A DNA stretch of 63,670 nt, filler included, from Octopus bimaculoides (taxonomy: Eukaryota), in the NCBI RefSeq assembly GCF_001194135.2. It is 6 parts of 6 records of this genome, joined end to end, with 100 filler letters (N's around TTAATTAATTAA, not from the genome) between each part and the next. Parts side by side here need not be neighbours in the genome. Positions count along the whole stretch, not along the records: positions 36,258 to 61,329 come from NC_068981.1; 5 more parts are not named here. The stretch is one strand, 5' to 3'. The notes below the pieces were generated by a model. It had not been told where the DNA came from, ran no database searches, and saw only the letters and a program-made list of their open reading frames with translations. Each line of letters opens with the position of its first letter. The first letter of the stretch is position 1. A program made the position numbers and the translations under genes. Below are positions 36,996 to 50,545 of the stretch, in pieces.

Positions 36996-37110
36996 AGTAT
37001 TTCCTTCTTCGTTAACACCCACCTATGAGTTCAAGCAGCTTCAGTTGCAGTTACATGAAACTAATTGTATAGTCTCTTGTTGCATAGTGCTTCTTCATTT
37101 TCTTCTTGTA
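36375..37110 (-). mobile_element. R4/Dong-clade LINE 3' part (CCHC knuckle, RLE, 3' UTR), degenerate
   Basis: Minus strand: ENTILAA*DQAL, PLCQICNRVDESIVHIVKECP, IIAGSLGTK, KIYLVGTAKIISKVLDS*. The 3' UTR end AAAAGAATAATACTGACA resembles the end of the copy at 1-292. Confidence 0.75.
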
Positions 37111-38626
37111 CGTCTTATACTTCTTGTTTTGTTTTAGTCTTTTTTCCTGATTTTAGTATGCCCTCATCTCTAACTACTCCCAGCAAGGTTTCCTTATTTT
37201 GGAATAGATATCTCAGCAGGTAGGAATTTTAGAGATCAGAAAATGAGGAGTGGTAAGCGTTTGCTGTTGTATACTTCATTAGTTGTGAGCATTAGTAAGT
37301 TGGTGTTCACTGTAAAAAGCCTTTATTTTGTAGTGTAATTTTCTTCCTCTAGTATTATCTATACTGTTTTTATATCAGCATGTTTTTGAATAGTTTAATT
37401 GAATCAAAATGTCTCCAAGTAAAATTATACTGAAGGTATTTAACTTCGAGGGATGGTTGATGAGAGTTTTAAACATAGATAATAACATATATTTAGTAAG
37501 TGGATATAAAAATATTACATAGTTTTGATGTCTATATACATGATATATAGATACAAATGCATGAGTTTATCTTTGTCTGAGGTCTTCTATATTTCTTGAT
37601 CATTCCTCATCTAACGGAGTAAACTCTTCTTAAGTTTCACCGTATTAAGTTTGTTTCTTTACGCAGTATTGTTGCTCTCAGATAGTTACGACGCTTGCTT
37701 ACTAACAGCATGATATCTTCACGTTCAACAGATATTATTTACTGTGCCAATTACAGACCGTCCTTTCGCCTTCTAACTGGGGACACCCGCCTTCTTTGCC
37801 GGTATATTTTATCAGAGATTGATTTATCCAGGTTATTTAAGAAATTTCTAAACTGGTTAAACTGGTGGGGGAGGAAATTTCAGAGAGACTGGACTGCTAT
37901 ATGCTGATGTCGTATCGGTGAAAAGATTGTAATTATAATAGTTGGTGGTATTTGTAGTGTGTAGTAGTTTTCTTGATATGTTGAGGAAGAACATATTAAT
38001 TAATGTTAATGGTGGATGTGGTTCTTGTGTTGGTGGCAGATATGGTGGTCATTCAAGCAAGTCCTGGTAGGTCATAATCGTCATAGATGTGAATGCTGAT
38101 AATGTTGGCAGCGATAGTATTTGCAGGTATCAAGATAGAGATTGAAGATATCGGAGATATGGTGCGGTAATTACTGTTGTAAGGATGGGGTGATAGGTAG
38201 TGTTACACGCATACACCTATGTATAAAAATATATATACATACACAAGCACACAAGCACGCACAAACGCACATACACACACTCACACATATATATGTACAT
38301 TATCACACCATTGATATATATATATATATCAATGGCGTGATAATGATGTTCTGTAAATATTCTGGACTTACGAACATTTTTCTATTATTCTTATTGTCCT
38401 GGGTGCTATAGATGTTATTAACCTTCATATTGTTGTCCCTCTCGCTGACGCTGTTGCAGTTCTATCCTTTATTATTGTCCATTTCCTTTATGTATCTTCC
38501 ACCTACAGGCACCTCCTGGTTGCATGGACAAAATGCCTGGAGATATCATATTGTTGGTTACAGAAGCAGAAAGATACAAAAAGGCAAATATGCAAAAAAG
38601 ATAATGATAAATCGATCGTTTAACAG

Positions 38627-38729
<103 letters not shown>

Positions 38730-38949
38730 CAGGCAAGCAGGCAGGCAAGCAGGCAGGCAGGCAGGCAGACAGACAGTCAGGCAGGAAGGCAGACAGACAT
38801 ACAGACAGATACATACATACATACATATAGACACACATACACTTACAAAGACACAGACACATACGCACACACGCGCGCGTGTGCAGATGTAATTTAGCCG
38901 GAATGTAATGTAAAAGAAATAATGAGAAAGAATAAAGCTAATGCAATAC

Positions 38950-40260
38950 AAGCAAAAGCAATTTATCTAACGACGTCGTTTTTCAGGAGATTCAAACTAT
39001 ATTCTTTCTATATCAGCCTAGTATTTCTTCAGGACATGCCATACACTTTGATCATATACAAGATTGAACAAATAGATCTCCGTAAAGGAAGCATCTTCTT
39101 TTAACCAGTTCTATTAATCTTGGTCAAGTTCTTAAAGCTTTCCAATATATCAAGTAGTGGGACATTTCTATGCCAAATTAAGTCGAATATTCTATCATAG
39201 TCATTATATCCTCAGACCTTATTCAAGAGATATCCTGTTAAATCACATTTCTCTGAAACAGTAACCGTGTAGCTTCCAATTGAATAACTTGAAGAACTAC
39301 ACGAATTTTAGACGAAAACAGTGAAATGTGTTATGATGTTGAGGATTTATGATTATCGTCCATGATTTTATTTTTGTTAATAAAGTCTTACTTTTGTTTT
39401 GTTATTTGTTATTTATCCTTGAGCCAAATGTAGCATGTTTTAATGTTCAACGACGTTGAAAATCTACGATGATTGCTTTAAGTTAACATCTTCTATTCAT
39501 TTAGATTAAAATTCAGTCAGCAAAACTTATGGTTGTTCTTGTAAAACTTATTATTGCTCCAATAACGTCTTGTAAGCGCTTATCAATTGCATGGAAACGA
39601 TAGCAAATTATCACTTATCAGAATGAATATTTTTACTGTTTTTTAGTTAATTAGCTTACTCAGAGTTTAGAGTTTATTACCAAACACATTTTTACTTCCG
39701 TGTATACTGGAGAATCTCCTACTGCTTAAGAAAGACCAAGTGTTCTGCAAGATATACCATCTTCCCTACAAAATTAAGCTAATAAATAAAAAGTTATATT
39801 TTTTCAGTGGGTCCATAGGCCCCCTCTTAACATATTTGCACTCATTCCAATTCCTGATTGCAAAATGCACCTAATGGCAAAAACGTTTAAGAGCTGTCTG
39901 CACACATTTCAGCTCTTATATCTTCAAGATGTTTTAAAGAGATTCTTGCTTCCTTAAAAGCCGGAAGACCTTCTATGTCTTCTATGCTGTTCTTAAGGAA
40001 GTTGTTGCTTGAATGTGGGCAGAAAGTATCTTAAGATGGAACATCTCAACACAACATGGTCTCACAGAATACATTCCTGTGACAACGTTGATAGTCCGCA
40101 TTCTCTGAATCCTTTCAATCTCTTTCCGAGTGCCATCAGAAATCTCACATATAAATGATGGTCATTTAGCATCACAACTATTTCATCTTACCCAAGTATA
40201 CTATTGGCGTCTGTAACATATTTATCCTCAGCATATCGCAAAATGTACTGAGCTTACTTG
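38950..40260 (-). mobile_element. Helitron Rep-Helicase remnant
   Basis: GMYSVRPCCVEMFHLKILSAHIQATTS then AFKEARISLKHLED resemble the RMYxVxP..ExFYLRLLLxHV..TSF..TFKEAC..LLEDD linker. Downstream DLIWHRNVPLLDILESF and CFLYGDLF resemble PIF1 motifs II/III. Many stops and frameshifts. Confidence 0.55.
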
Positions 40261-41189
40261 TATTTTCTGTTTGTTGCAGATGTTTCTTGACGCTGATGTT
40301 CATGTACATGTTTGCGTCGATATCTTTGGTGTTTTCCAGTCCATGCACTTATTTGATTACTTCTTTGATTGTTTCTCATTAACAGAATGAAAATAGGTGG
40401 AGGATCTTAGAAATGGAGTATGAGTTGTATACTGCCACAATTTGTATACACGTATTTGAATAAGAAGAACATTTTAAATGATCGTAACATCAAAAGGCCT
40501 ACTCGGATTCCAGTGATAAACAAATGTTAGAAAATATATCATTAATCACTGTATGTAAACATGTGCAAATTAACAGCAGCATAAAATACCAGCTGACAAT
40601 TCAAGGTAATTGTGTGAAAAGTCCCATTTTAGAAAAATATAATGATTATATTTCTTAATTAAATTATATTGAGTTTTTTCTTCAATAAGGTTTTCCGTTA
40701 GAATTAATGGTTCAATGTTTACCATTCTCTTCATAGTAGGTGTATCAATTTAAGCCCGGACCTTGAACGAGTGAAGTTATATAAATCAATTATGTCAATT
40801 AAGTATTAATTCTGTTTCGATTAAAAATTGTTGTCAAAATAGACTTAAACAACTGACTGAGTTGATTCAATTAAATGATATTTCCTATACATTTTAAGAT
40901 AGTCATCAAAATAACTTTAATAAATTGGTTTGTAAAATATTTTTCATTAAAAAAAATAAAGGAAACTAGTCAAACCTTGAACCTACAATGATGAAGTTAT
41001 ATGTCGGTTGAATCATTTATCCATGAATTCTTAGTAGCTTTTAGATATTTATCAAAAGTAATCGTAAATTTTAAGATTGAATTTTTTGTTTTCCTCCCTC
41101 TTTCTTTACGATCGTGGAATCAAACGGGCATGATGGTTCGGTAAGTAGACAACTGCGCTTTTCCTTAGCTATAATTCTTATGTCAGCCT

Positions 41190-41635
41190 ATTATTTTCTA
41201 ACTTCTTATCCCTATTTCTGGTAATTTCCAGTGAAAAACTTCTACAGCCTGGTCGTGCCTCTATTTCTTATATTCTTCCTGCGCCACAGTGTGTGCCACT
41301 GTCTCCTTCCAACTTGCACAGGCTCTATATTTTTCTGACACATTCTCTTCCTCAAGTTGTTTGTTTTTGTCTCTTGATCTTGCGCTGCTACAATTAGGCT
41401 CATTGTTTCGTTTTTTAATTGCCCCTTTTTTAACCAGATCCAGGATTTTGTTCTACATACGTCTTCAGAGGCTCCCCAAAGTTGGCCATACAGGGGTTTC
41501 TCTTCGATCTGTCTGACGTGCTCTCTTTGTATTTCATTCTTGTGCTTTTTTCCCTATTACGCGCTTCATCACCTGTTCTTTATTTATTGTCTTTAGTAGT
41601 TTTTCTGTGCTGCCCTGTAAATACTCTAGTAGGCC

Positions 41636-41636
<1 letters not shown>
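41190..41636 (-). mobile_element. R4/Dong-clade LINE fragment whose 5' truncation abuts (AAT)23 at 41641-41709
   Basis: Minus strand: EKPLYGQLWGASEDVCRTKSWIWLKKGQLKNETMSLIVAAQDQ...ETVAH...EEYKK*RHDQAVEVFHWKL, matching KPLHGQF...SWxWL..G.LKxETE.LI.AAQDQ...RHD.VA..HW. Confidence 0.8.
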
Positions 41637-41709
<73 letters not shown>

Positions 41710-42880
41710 TCAACAAAGCTAAAAGGTATTTCGATAGATTTATTGCAGAATGTTTGCAGTAGAGTCAGTTAAATTCTCAGACTTATTGCAAGATAAGTGA
41801 ACTGATTCAACTAATCAATCTTTTTGGTTAGAAATAGACTTTTTAAATACGCATCAAATTTTTTTGAAATATTATTTTACTAAATTGATTGCTGATTAAT
41901 ATACATTTAACCGCCATGAAATTTCAAACATCTTCAAAGTTTATTTTATGCTGTAAGAGAGACAGAAGAAAATACCATTAAGTTTTAGAGATTTTCTTTT
42001 AACGGTTTTATGAGTGGGTAAGGAAACCAACTTCCGGTAATGCACCATTTAGCATTCCGTTGCTCTTTCTATTGAACGAGGTACTGAAATACTATAATTA
42101 AGCTGATACTTTGAATACTTTCTAGTGAATTTTATACAAGAAAAAGGTGAAACTATTACTGAGCCCATCCCTTCTTCCTTTTGAAGTAATATCAGTATTC
42201 GAACATTAAAATTAACATGAATCTATTTCCTTATAATTTAAAGGTAAAGTTCAATCAGAACGAGTAAGAAATAAAAATCTAATAAATTGCTCTTGGCTTC
42301 TTATTGTACATGGATAATGAAGATACGGCTACTTTCTTTAAAAAGTAGTTTATAACTTCATTTTTATAGCATTTAAATTACAATTTATTAATATTTTTCA
42401 GATCAGTTTACAAATTATAAATAATGGTTCACTTTGGATAATAAAAATACTTTTGTTTTACAAAATCTATAATATATTAGGTAGTTATAATCCCAATATA
42501 TCGATCGTATTGTTTTATCGAATTACTAATTATCTCAGGCAAATTTTCTGTTGTGATACTTGAACTAAATAAACTGAGATCACTGAGCAAGATTAAAAAC
42601 AGCATTTAGATTGGCCTCCAATTTACTCTATCCACTCCATCGCGCATGACTTTTTACACAGCATACACAACTAAATTATGTTGCACTGGAAATGGTGGTT
42701 CCTAAATACCGAGGATCAAAGCATTTTCTGCTCATTTCTATCTGTACTTGTTTTCCTTAAAAAGCCCTTAATTGGGTATCCTTTGCAACTGTAATGCATG
42801 ACATTGAAGCAAATTCGAATTCATAAAATACATTTTACGCTGCTGGAAGTACTTGTGAGGCATTCTAATTTCATTAACTA

Positions 42881-44402
42881 CAGTAAACCGCAAAAAAAAC
42901 GCTATTTTTTCAAATGTCATTTTTATAAGGTAAATTCTGAAAATTTATTTCGGATACGTAAGTGTAAATATTCTAAGACATGCTGGTTTATGGCTGAGAC
43001 CCAAATTGCAGGTAACCTTTCAACTTTTCCTGAAACGAGACACCAAAATGCAGTTGCGTTGAATACCGTGGGTGGCAGGCACTAACAATTGTCATGAAAA
43101 CTGAATTGCACGTGCATCTCGTGGAGGTTGTGAGTATAAAATTCAACTTGAATCGCGTTCCTGGCATTCGACATTTGGACGCATCAGGTATGACCCGATT
43201 GTCAGCAACGCAGAGAGAACAAGTTATCGGAGGACTGCAAGCAGGGCAGCGTGCCCTGATTATTGCGAAAGCTTACTATGTCCATGTCAGCACCATCTAT
43301 CACCTGTAACAGTGATACAACAACACCGAGATACCGTGCCCACAGAAGACGCCCTTGGGTTACCACGCCCAGGCAGGACCACTTCATCCACCTGTAACAC
43401 CTTCGTGATCGCTTCAGACCGGCCAGCTTGACAGCTCGCGAGACTATTGGCGCTGGACAGCGACCCATCAGCGACGACACGGTATGAGGTCGACGGGCCG
43501 CCAACAACCTGCACTGGCGTCGTCCTGCTCGAGGGTCTGTTCTCACCGTGAAACACGACTACAGTGGGCTACACAGCACCGACATTGGCGGCATCAACAA
43601 CGGAGGTCGATAATCTTCTCTGACGAAAGCCGGTATTGCGTTTCCACCTTGGATGACAGAGTGAGGGTGTAGCGTAGGAGGGGTGAACGCTACAGGAACG
43701 CATGTGTCATGGAGAGAGACGCATGGGGTGATCAAAGATCATGGTTGAGGTGCTATAGGCCTGAATCAGAGAATTGAGCCCCATGCGTTCCAAAATTTTG
43801 GTGCAGGCAGAAGGAATCGCATCATAGCGCAGCTCTACGTTAACCAGATTCTAAGACCTCACATCGTGCTCTTCTTCGCGCGTTACCATAGCCACGAGCT
43901 CCAGCAGGACAATGTTCCCTGCCTCACAGTCAGAGTGACCATGGAGTTCCTGCGACAGCAGAACATCAGAGCCACGCTGTGGCCGGCTCTCAGCCCAGAT
44001 TTGAACCCTATTGAACACCTGTGGGATGAAATCCAGAGACGGCTGAAGCAGGTGCTCCCAAACCCGACAAATCGAGTGGGACTGAAAGCAGCTTTCCTCG
44101 GAGCGTGGGCACAGGTGCCAATTGCTTTTGTGAACTGCCTCATGCACTTCATGTACCGAATTTGTATGGCCGTTTTGAATACCCAGGGAGGGCATTCACG
44201 GTATTGAACATGTCACGCCCTACAATCTCGATGTGCTGGATCCGCCCACTACTAGAATACATGACAACGACCCATAGACTGTGGTCAAAGTGCATCTAAG
44301 AAATTTAACTTTATCAGATTTATCAAAATGTATCTCTGACATAATGAAATTAAAACATATTTCACAGTCACACACGTCGCCCGTTTCTTTTGCTGTTCAG
44401 TA
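42881..44402 (+). mobile_element. Near full-length Tc1-family transposon (DD34E), transposase pseudogene 43190-44207
   Basis: TA-flanked 21-bp TIRs (CAGTAAACCGCAAAAAAAACG vs TACTGAACAGCAAAAGAAACG, 16/21). MTRLSATQREQVIGGLQAG paired-like start, IFSDESRY, and QQDNVP...WPALSPDLNPIEHLWD with 34 residues between D and E. Several stops and frameshifts. Confidence 0.9.
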
Positions 44403-45379
44403 TATTGTAAAATTAGCATTTTATATCATTCTTCTCATAGAAAACGTATCCTAAGCTAAGAAAAATACAATGAAAACACAACCCCCATTGAAATGCTTAT
44501 TATTGATTGACAAAATAGTCGAGAGATTCAGCTAGCAGTATTGAGGCTAGGTAAAGAACCATATAAGCTTTGGCTTGCGCTTCTATTAAACTCTACACCT
44601 GTATAACATTAATACAACACCAAGACGTTTCTTTTCGCTAGAATTGTATTAATGAACTAATTTCTCTAATGAGATAAAATTAAAATTGAATAAAGAAATT
44701 TTTTTAAATCCGATTTAAAGTGATAAATTTGAACGATGTATGTCTCTCCTAAGGCTATTAATGGCATAAAGGAAGATAAGTTACTTAAAGTGACAAAACT
44801 TAGACATTAATTTCATTCATCATGAGCTGAACTCATAATCCCCGATATTCGCTTTTCAAATATAATAACGAACACTCTTATTTCGAAATAAAGCTAAAGA
44901 ATAAGTATATTACAGCTGAAGGCTAATGGCTGAGTGGAGTTTAATATAAATTACAATTTGTATCAACTGAGTATATACAATGAGAACTGTAGACACCCAA
45001 CAAAGACTTCTAAAAAATTCTGCTGAAATCCAATATCTTTCCACAGGAAATGCCCTTTATGAAAGCAAGAATAACATAACATTTCTGTAATCATTTCTAT
45101 AGCCTTCATATTTTTTTTATCTTTTAGTGCTTATTATTTCAATATGCATTTGCATAAGCAGTGAGAATGGAAATGCAAAACATTTGAACTGTAGTCCCAA
45201 TTACAATAAACGTTGGCTCCTTTCATTATATTCTAATGTAGAAACTCCGAGTTAAGCATCCCATTATATGTATTGGAGCATTACAGACATCAGCCATCAA
45301 TTTATGGGTAAGATATAGAATCTGCAATTTCAATGTATTTGTAAAAAAACATTAAGGTAAGAGTCGACATAAAACTGGC

Positions 45380-45960
45380 TTACCAACACATATTATCATA
45401 TTTTCTTTCTGTGCGGTACTCGTTTTGACAAATCTTTTGTCCCTGTTGCACATTACTTTCAATTGGATATTATCCAGGAAATTTATCTTCTAAGTCAATC
45501 CGTTGCCTTTATTTTTTTCCTCGAATGCTTCTTGGTGTTGTATTGCTGATATACAGTTAATATACTAAATATCACTATATTAATAAAACAGTTTCACCTT
45601 TCATCCTTAGCTGGATATAAACCTATTTCGAATCATCTTTCTCCACACTGAATAATTACTCATCACACCACGTATTCACAGTCACCACAAGTGAAATCTG
45701 TTCAACTCTCAACAAGGAAACTAGTTCCAGCCGTGTCTTCTCCACCACCCTCAATTAAGACCTTCCTGAAAATAACATTTCCCTGCCAAAGTTTGCAATA
45801 CTCTACAGGAATTTATCGCAATGTAAGGTAGCACACTAGAAAGTGTAAACGACATCTGACGAATTATGTAGCCATGCCTTCATTTCCAACGTTTCAATTA
45901 CTATAAAGTTCGCAATATAAAAATATCTTTAATTGCACACGCAAACGTCCCAGATCGAGA
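45380..45960 (-). mobile_element. Possible very old LINE apurinic-endonuclease remnant
   Basis: Weak pieces EMLFSG...TAGTSFLV and IFSILTVY resemble APE motifs; highly degenerate. Confidence 0.25.
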
Positions 45961-48867
45961 AGTTTGAAAAAGACCATTCGGCATATTGGTAAAGATTCAA
46001 TGATCAACACAGTCAGTCAATGACCCATAAAGGCAAGTTTGCTTCTCCAACTCTAACGGTATGTGCTTCTCTGATTTAGTAGGTTGTTACCACCTTTCAA
46101 CTAGAACTACACTTCTTTCCTGTCGTCACTCCTACTCTCTTACAAACTACATATTAAGCACTTCGCAAACATTTCTTTCACATTTACATTCCTATGAATG
46201 TACCCCACTTCTACTCTTTACCTGAATATCTCAAATTACAAATCTTCAAATTCAACATTAAACGCATCAGTATTTTCACCCGCCTGGGACAAGTTACAAG
46301 TGATAAGGGCACTGTTCTACATCTGCTAAATAAATCATGTAAAAAAACGTATATAAATAGCTATCAATGCATAGCATGGTTTAAAACCAAACTAATGTTA
46401 TCTATGTTAATGTGACAACGCTGGTATGACTGAGAAGAATTGCAACAAATTGTATTATTTCAGTTTTGACATAAAATCCACAGGAATGCTATTTTTACCT
46501 TAGTCACCTCAAATGAAAATTTATTCCAATGTGTGAAATATTTATCTTAAACTATCAAAATATTCAAAAGAAACACATTAATTTATCTTAATTAATGTGC
46601 TTCTTTTGACTAATTGGATTATTTAAAAATTAAGTTAGCGTTCTTTATTTTGTCTCGAAGTGGGTACTTAATTGTAAAACAGAATTTTCTGTAGTCCAAC
46701 GCTTCTTGCACTCAGACTTTGACCAGGATCAAACGCTGCCTGATTTAATATCAGGTCATTTTAAATACTTTTGTTAAATGTCTCTAATTTTGTAAAAAAA
46801 AAAGTGAATAGCTTCTAAAATATTTTCTTCTTATTCGCTAGATACAGACTTAAGTCTATATATCTGTGGCATATAAACCACACCTTCACATCTCAACCAC
46901 ATACATGTCGATGAATGCAGTTTCACCTTTGTTGAAAATCCCATGTTCAGCATCCTCACTACTGTCAGACCTATATTTACACATGTGAACAATTCTATTT
47001 TTACTCTTAGTACAGTTAAATTCTCAAACAACTCATGCGTGTCGTTGTAGAAATACCTCTTTATTATTTTGTTTCTCTCTTTGTCTTCTTTGTTTCCTTC
47101 CCTTTTGTCACACATTCTTTCCTTCTATATTTCCAAGAGTTTCTCTCTACCTCTATCCCCTTCTTTCTCTGTCTCTCACTATCTTTCTTTCATCTTTTGC
47201 GATCCATATTAGCGTTATCTTTGCGCCTGCTTATTTGTAATTATTTCAAAATGTCTTATGATCGTCGAAGAACAGTCAATATGCGTACACTTCTCCTGAT
47301 TGTCTTAAAAACCTTGGGTTCATCCTCATTTGATAAAATGAATTACCCAAAAATCACAATATTATATTGGATAATGCTTCTCGTTATTCATCTACCGTTG
47401 ATGAGATAAAATCACTTTCCTTTAGATCTCATCCCAGTGACTGGATATTACACTGGACGATTGATAATATTCTGCGAGGATTTTCAATGAGCAAGATAGA
47501 GTGTCGATATTTCAGGTCTGTAGTAACCGATTATTGTTAGTTGTCTCGGAAACAACCGCATTAAATGTGCGTCAACTTGTTTCACTGTCATTATTAGGAA
47601 ATGGCACTAATCAGAAAGTTTATCTCCAAATGGCAAGCGACCTACTGAAAGTTTATCTCCAAATGGCAAGCGACCTCCTATTAACACATTTGTACAGAAA
47701 GTATTCTTAAACCCTTGTTTATATACACCCATTGTTCTGGAAGATATTCAGCACGGTTAAACACGAACAACTACGACTGAATTTTCTTGTGTATGAATGT
47801 GTACTTCGTCTGTAAGCTTATCAAAGTACTACAAAGAACATCATGGCTACGAGCCATCATTCCGCGACCTCCTAGAATTAGCAGCCAAGATCTATATCAT
47901 ATCACAATCAATTCTCTGAAAAAATGAGAAACATACTTGATAAGGAAGTCTTAAATGACATATGTCCAAATAAAAAGCCGCTAGGTTCATAATTTTTTTA
48001 TCATAAATCTAATCTGATAGAAATAACCTGAGTTAAGATACGAAAAGTAACTACTTATTAGCTACTGAGTTTTTGTCTGTTTTTTTTTTTTTCCTCCCGT
48101 TTTATATTTGTAACATTGTTTCCACGATAAGCGTACAATAAAGCAGATTGTTACTTTTTCTTCTTTTATGTTGGTTTAAGGCACTAAAAGAACATATATT
48201 GACAATTAGGATATATGTAAGTTAGCTCTAAAGGAGACTTTACTTATAGAGAAAGGCCATTTAATTAATTTTCATTCAAAAACAGCGCATTGGCGTCTAC
48301 AGCAGTGTTAGATAGTGGCATTAAAAAGAAACAATATTAACAGGTATAAACGATATACACACATTTATATGTACATATATCCTTATCTATCTATATATCT
48401 ATATCTATCTATCTATCTATACATATATACACACATATCTACACTAACACACATATATATGAAAATTNNNNNNNNNNNNNNNNNNNNNNNNNNNNNNNNN
48501 NNNNNNNNNNNNNNNNNNNNNNNNNNNNNNNNNNNNNNNNNNNNNNNNNNNNNNNNNNNNNNNNNNNNNNNNNNNNNNNNNNNNNNNNNNNNNNNNNNNN
48601 NNNNNNNNNNNNNNNNNNNNNNNNNNNNNNNNNNNNNNNNNNNNNNNNNNNNNNNNNNNNNNNNNNNNNNNNNNNNNNNNNNNNNNNNNNNNNNNNNNNN
48701 NNNNNNNNNNNNNNNNNNNNNNNNNNNNNNNNNNNNNNNNNNNNNNNNNNNNNNNNNNNNNNNNNNNNNNNNNNNNNNNNNNNNNNNNNNNNNNNNNNNN
48801 NNNNNNNNNNNNNNNNNNNNNNNNNNNNNNNNNNNNNNNNNNNNNNNNNNNNNNNNNNNNNNNNNNN

Positions 48868-49133
48868 GGACCAAACCAGGCCCCGAGAAACTCGACCGGA
48901 CCTTCGGTCCCGCGTCCCACGACGGAGGCGCTGCTGGATGGCATGGGCTTGCTTCTCCAGGTGCCGACCTTTTCCGGTTAATTTTCGCTCCTGTTACCGC
49001 TTCGTAGTCTTTCAGTGTCTCACCGACCAGCTCGATGTGGTCCTGGGTAGACACTATGATGGTGGCGTCATCCGCGTATGCGGACACGCTCATCCCGCAT
49101 CCCAATTCTTGCAGGATGCCCCTCAGTGTCGGC

Positions 49134-49135
<2 letters not shown>
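48868..49135 (-). mobile_element. Tx1/L1-clade LINE RT fragment; 5' truncation abuts (GATA)n
   Basis: VSAYADDATIIVSTQDHIELVGETLKDYEAVTGAKINRK; after a frameshift MPSS...GTEGPVEFLGAWFG. YADD plus GAKIN..S is typical of L1/Tx1. GC-rich. Confidence 0.8.
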
Positions 49136-49208
<73 letters not shown>

Positions 49209-49705
49209 GAGGAAAGAGAGAGAGAGAAGGGGTATCCGCCTTCCTATTCACCATTCATTCATTTATTTATTTTTTCCTTTTCCATTGTTTTGGAATGGGT
49301 TTAACTATGGTGACCACTTAAAAAATATAAAAAAACAGGTGTGGTTTGGTCATCACTGAAACTCTTTGTGCTTTCTTTCTCTTTCTCTCTTCTTTTTGTC
49401 TCTGTTTTTTCCTTTTACTATTTCTTCTTTTCTTCTTTCCTTTCTTCTTTTTTCCTCCTTTCTTTTTCTATCCCAATGCTCCACATATGTATATCTGAAC
49501 ATTTGTAGAGATGAGCCACATTTGGAATAAAGAATTCATAGGGAGGATTCCTTGATGAAGTGTGTGTGTGAGTGTGTGTGTGTGTTGTTGGGAATATATC
49601 CATGTTTATACTATGTAACTTCGATCATGCCTCTTTCAATTCTATGATTTTGCGTTAGAGAACATTAGCATGACAATTACAAAATGTACTGTCTCTGCTT
49701 TTCTT

Positions 49706-50150
49706 TCAAACATTCAAGTTTGGAGAGAATTTTTTGATGAAATGTAGTTCCATTGCTTTTCGGTATTGCGAATCGTCCTGTGCACATTTGTAAAAGGGGA
49801 ACATTTTCAATTTTCCGTCGCCATATACTTCCAGATGCTTACTCAATGGATCTTGCGTAATTCTTCTTGTCGGAGATGTTGTCTGTGGATTTTTGCACGT
49901 TGGCAGAGGGAATTATTGTTTCACCAATATAATTTTCTATGCAGTTTGGGCAGGTAATGCAGCGTATGAGGTTTTGCGCTTTGCAGTTCATATCTACGTT
50001 TATTTTGAAAAAGGATCCGCTCTTTAATTTTATGTGGGAACGAACTTCCAAGTTTTTGAGGTTGTTGATATTGTTGTATGTTCCACATCTCCTATCTCCA
50101 CATTCTTTTACTAAGAAATCTGATTCATTCCCTGGTTAGAATGTAACTGT
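49706..50150 (-). mobile_element. Penelope-like element, GIY-YIG endonuclease 3' end (copy 1)
   Basis: VKECGDRRCGT...FFKINVDMNCKAQNLIRCITCPNCIENYIGET...ELHFIKKFSPNLNV* (stop 49706-49708). Confidence 0.8.
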
Positions 50151-50168
50151 CTAGATCCTAAAGCCTTA

Positions 50169-50545
50169 CCACTGGATCAGGCGTGTTTGATATAGGCAGT
50201 TATGAAGCCGAAGGTACAAAAGTGCACGAAGACAATTGAAAAGAAAAATTACATTGGTTTATGCAAAGACAACTTTGAAAGCAGTTATTCAAACCACCAG
50301 TCTTATTTCCGACTCTAATGAAAATAAGGCCTCTGATTTGGCTACCCATGTATGTATCTGAAGACCAAACACATAGTACATACAATCAAGTGGAAAATCG
50401 TGGATAAATTCACGCCACACCTAAATGAATCAATGACATGCACATTCTTTTTAGGTCCACGAATTACACCACACTACTAAATTCCAGATCTGGAACTTTT
50501 AGCAAATGCAAGCACATGGATAGGTTTCTTTTGTCGAACTGGATG
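50169..50545 (+). mobile_element. Second, different Penelope-like GIY-YIG C-terminal remnant
   Basis: One frame with stops: PLDQACLI*AVMKPKV...NYIGLCKDNFESSYSNHQSYFR...YLKTKHIVHTIKWKIVDK...LLANASTWIGFFCR, matching CPLxGxCL...YIGL...FKxRYxNH..SF...IxWKI...LLNxRSE..CRH. Confidence 0.65.
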
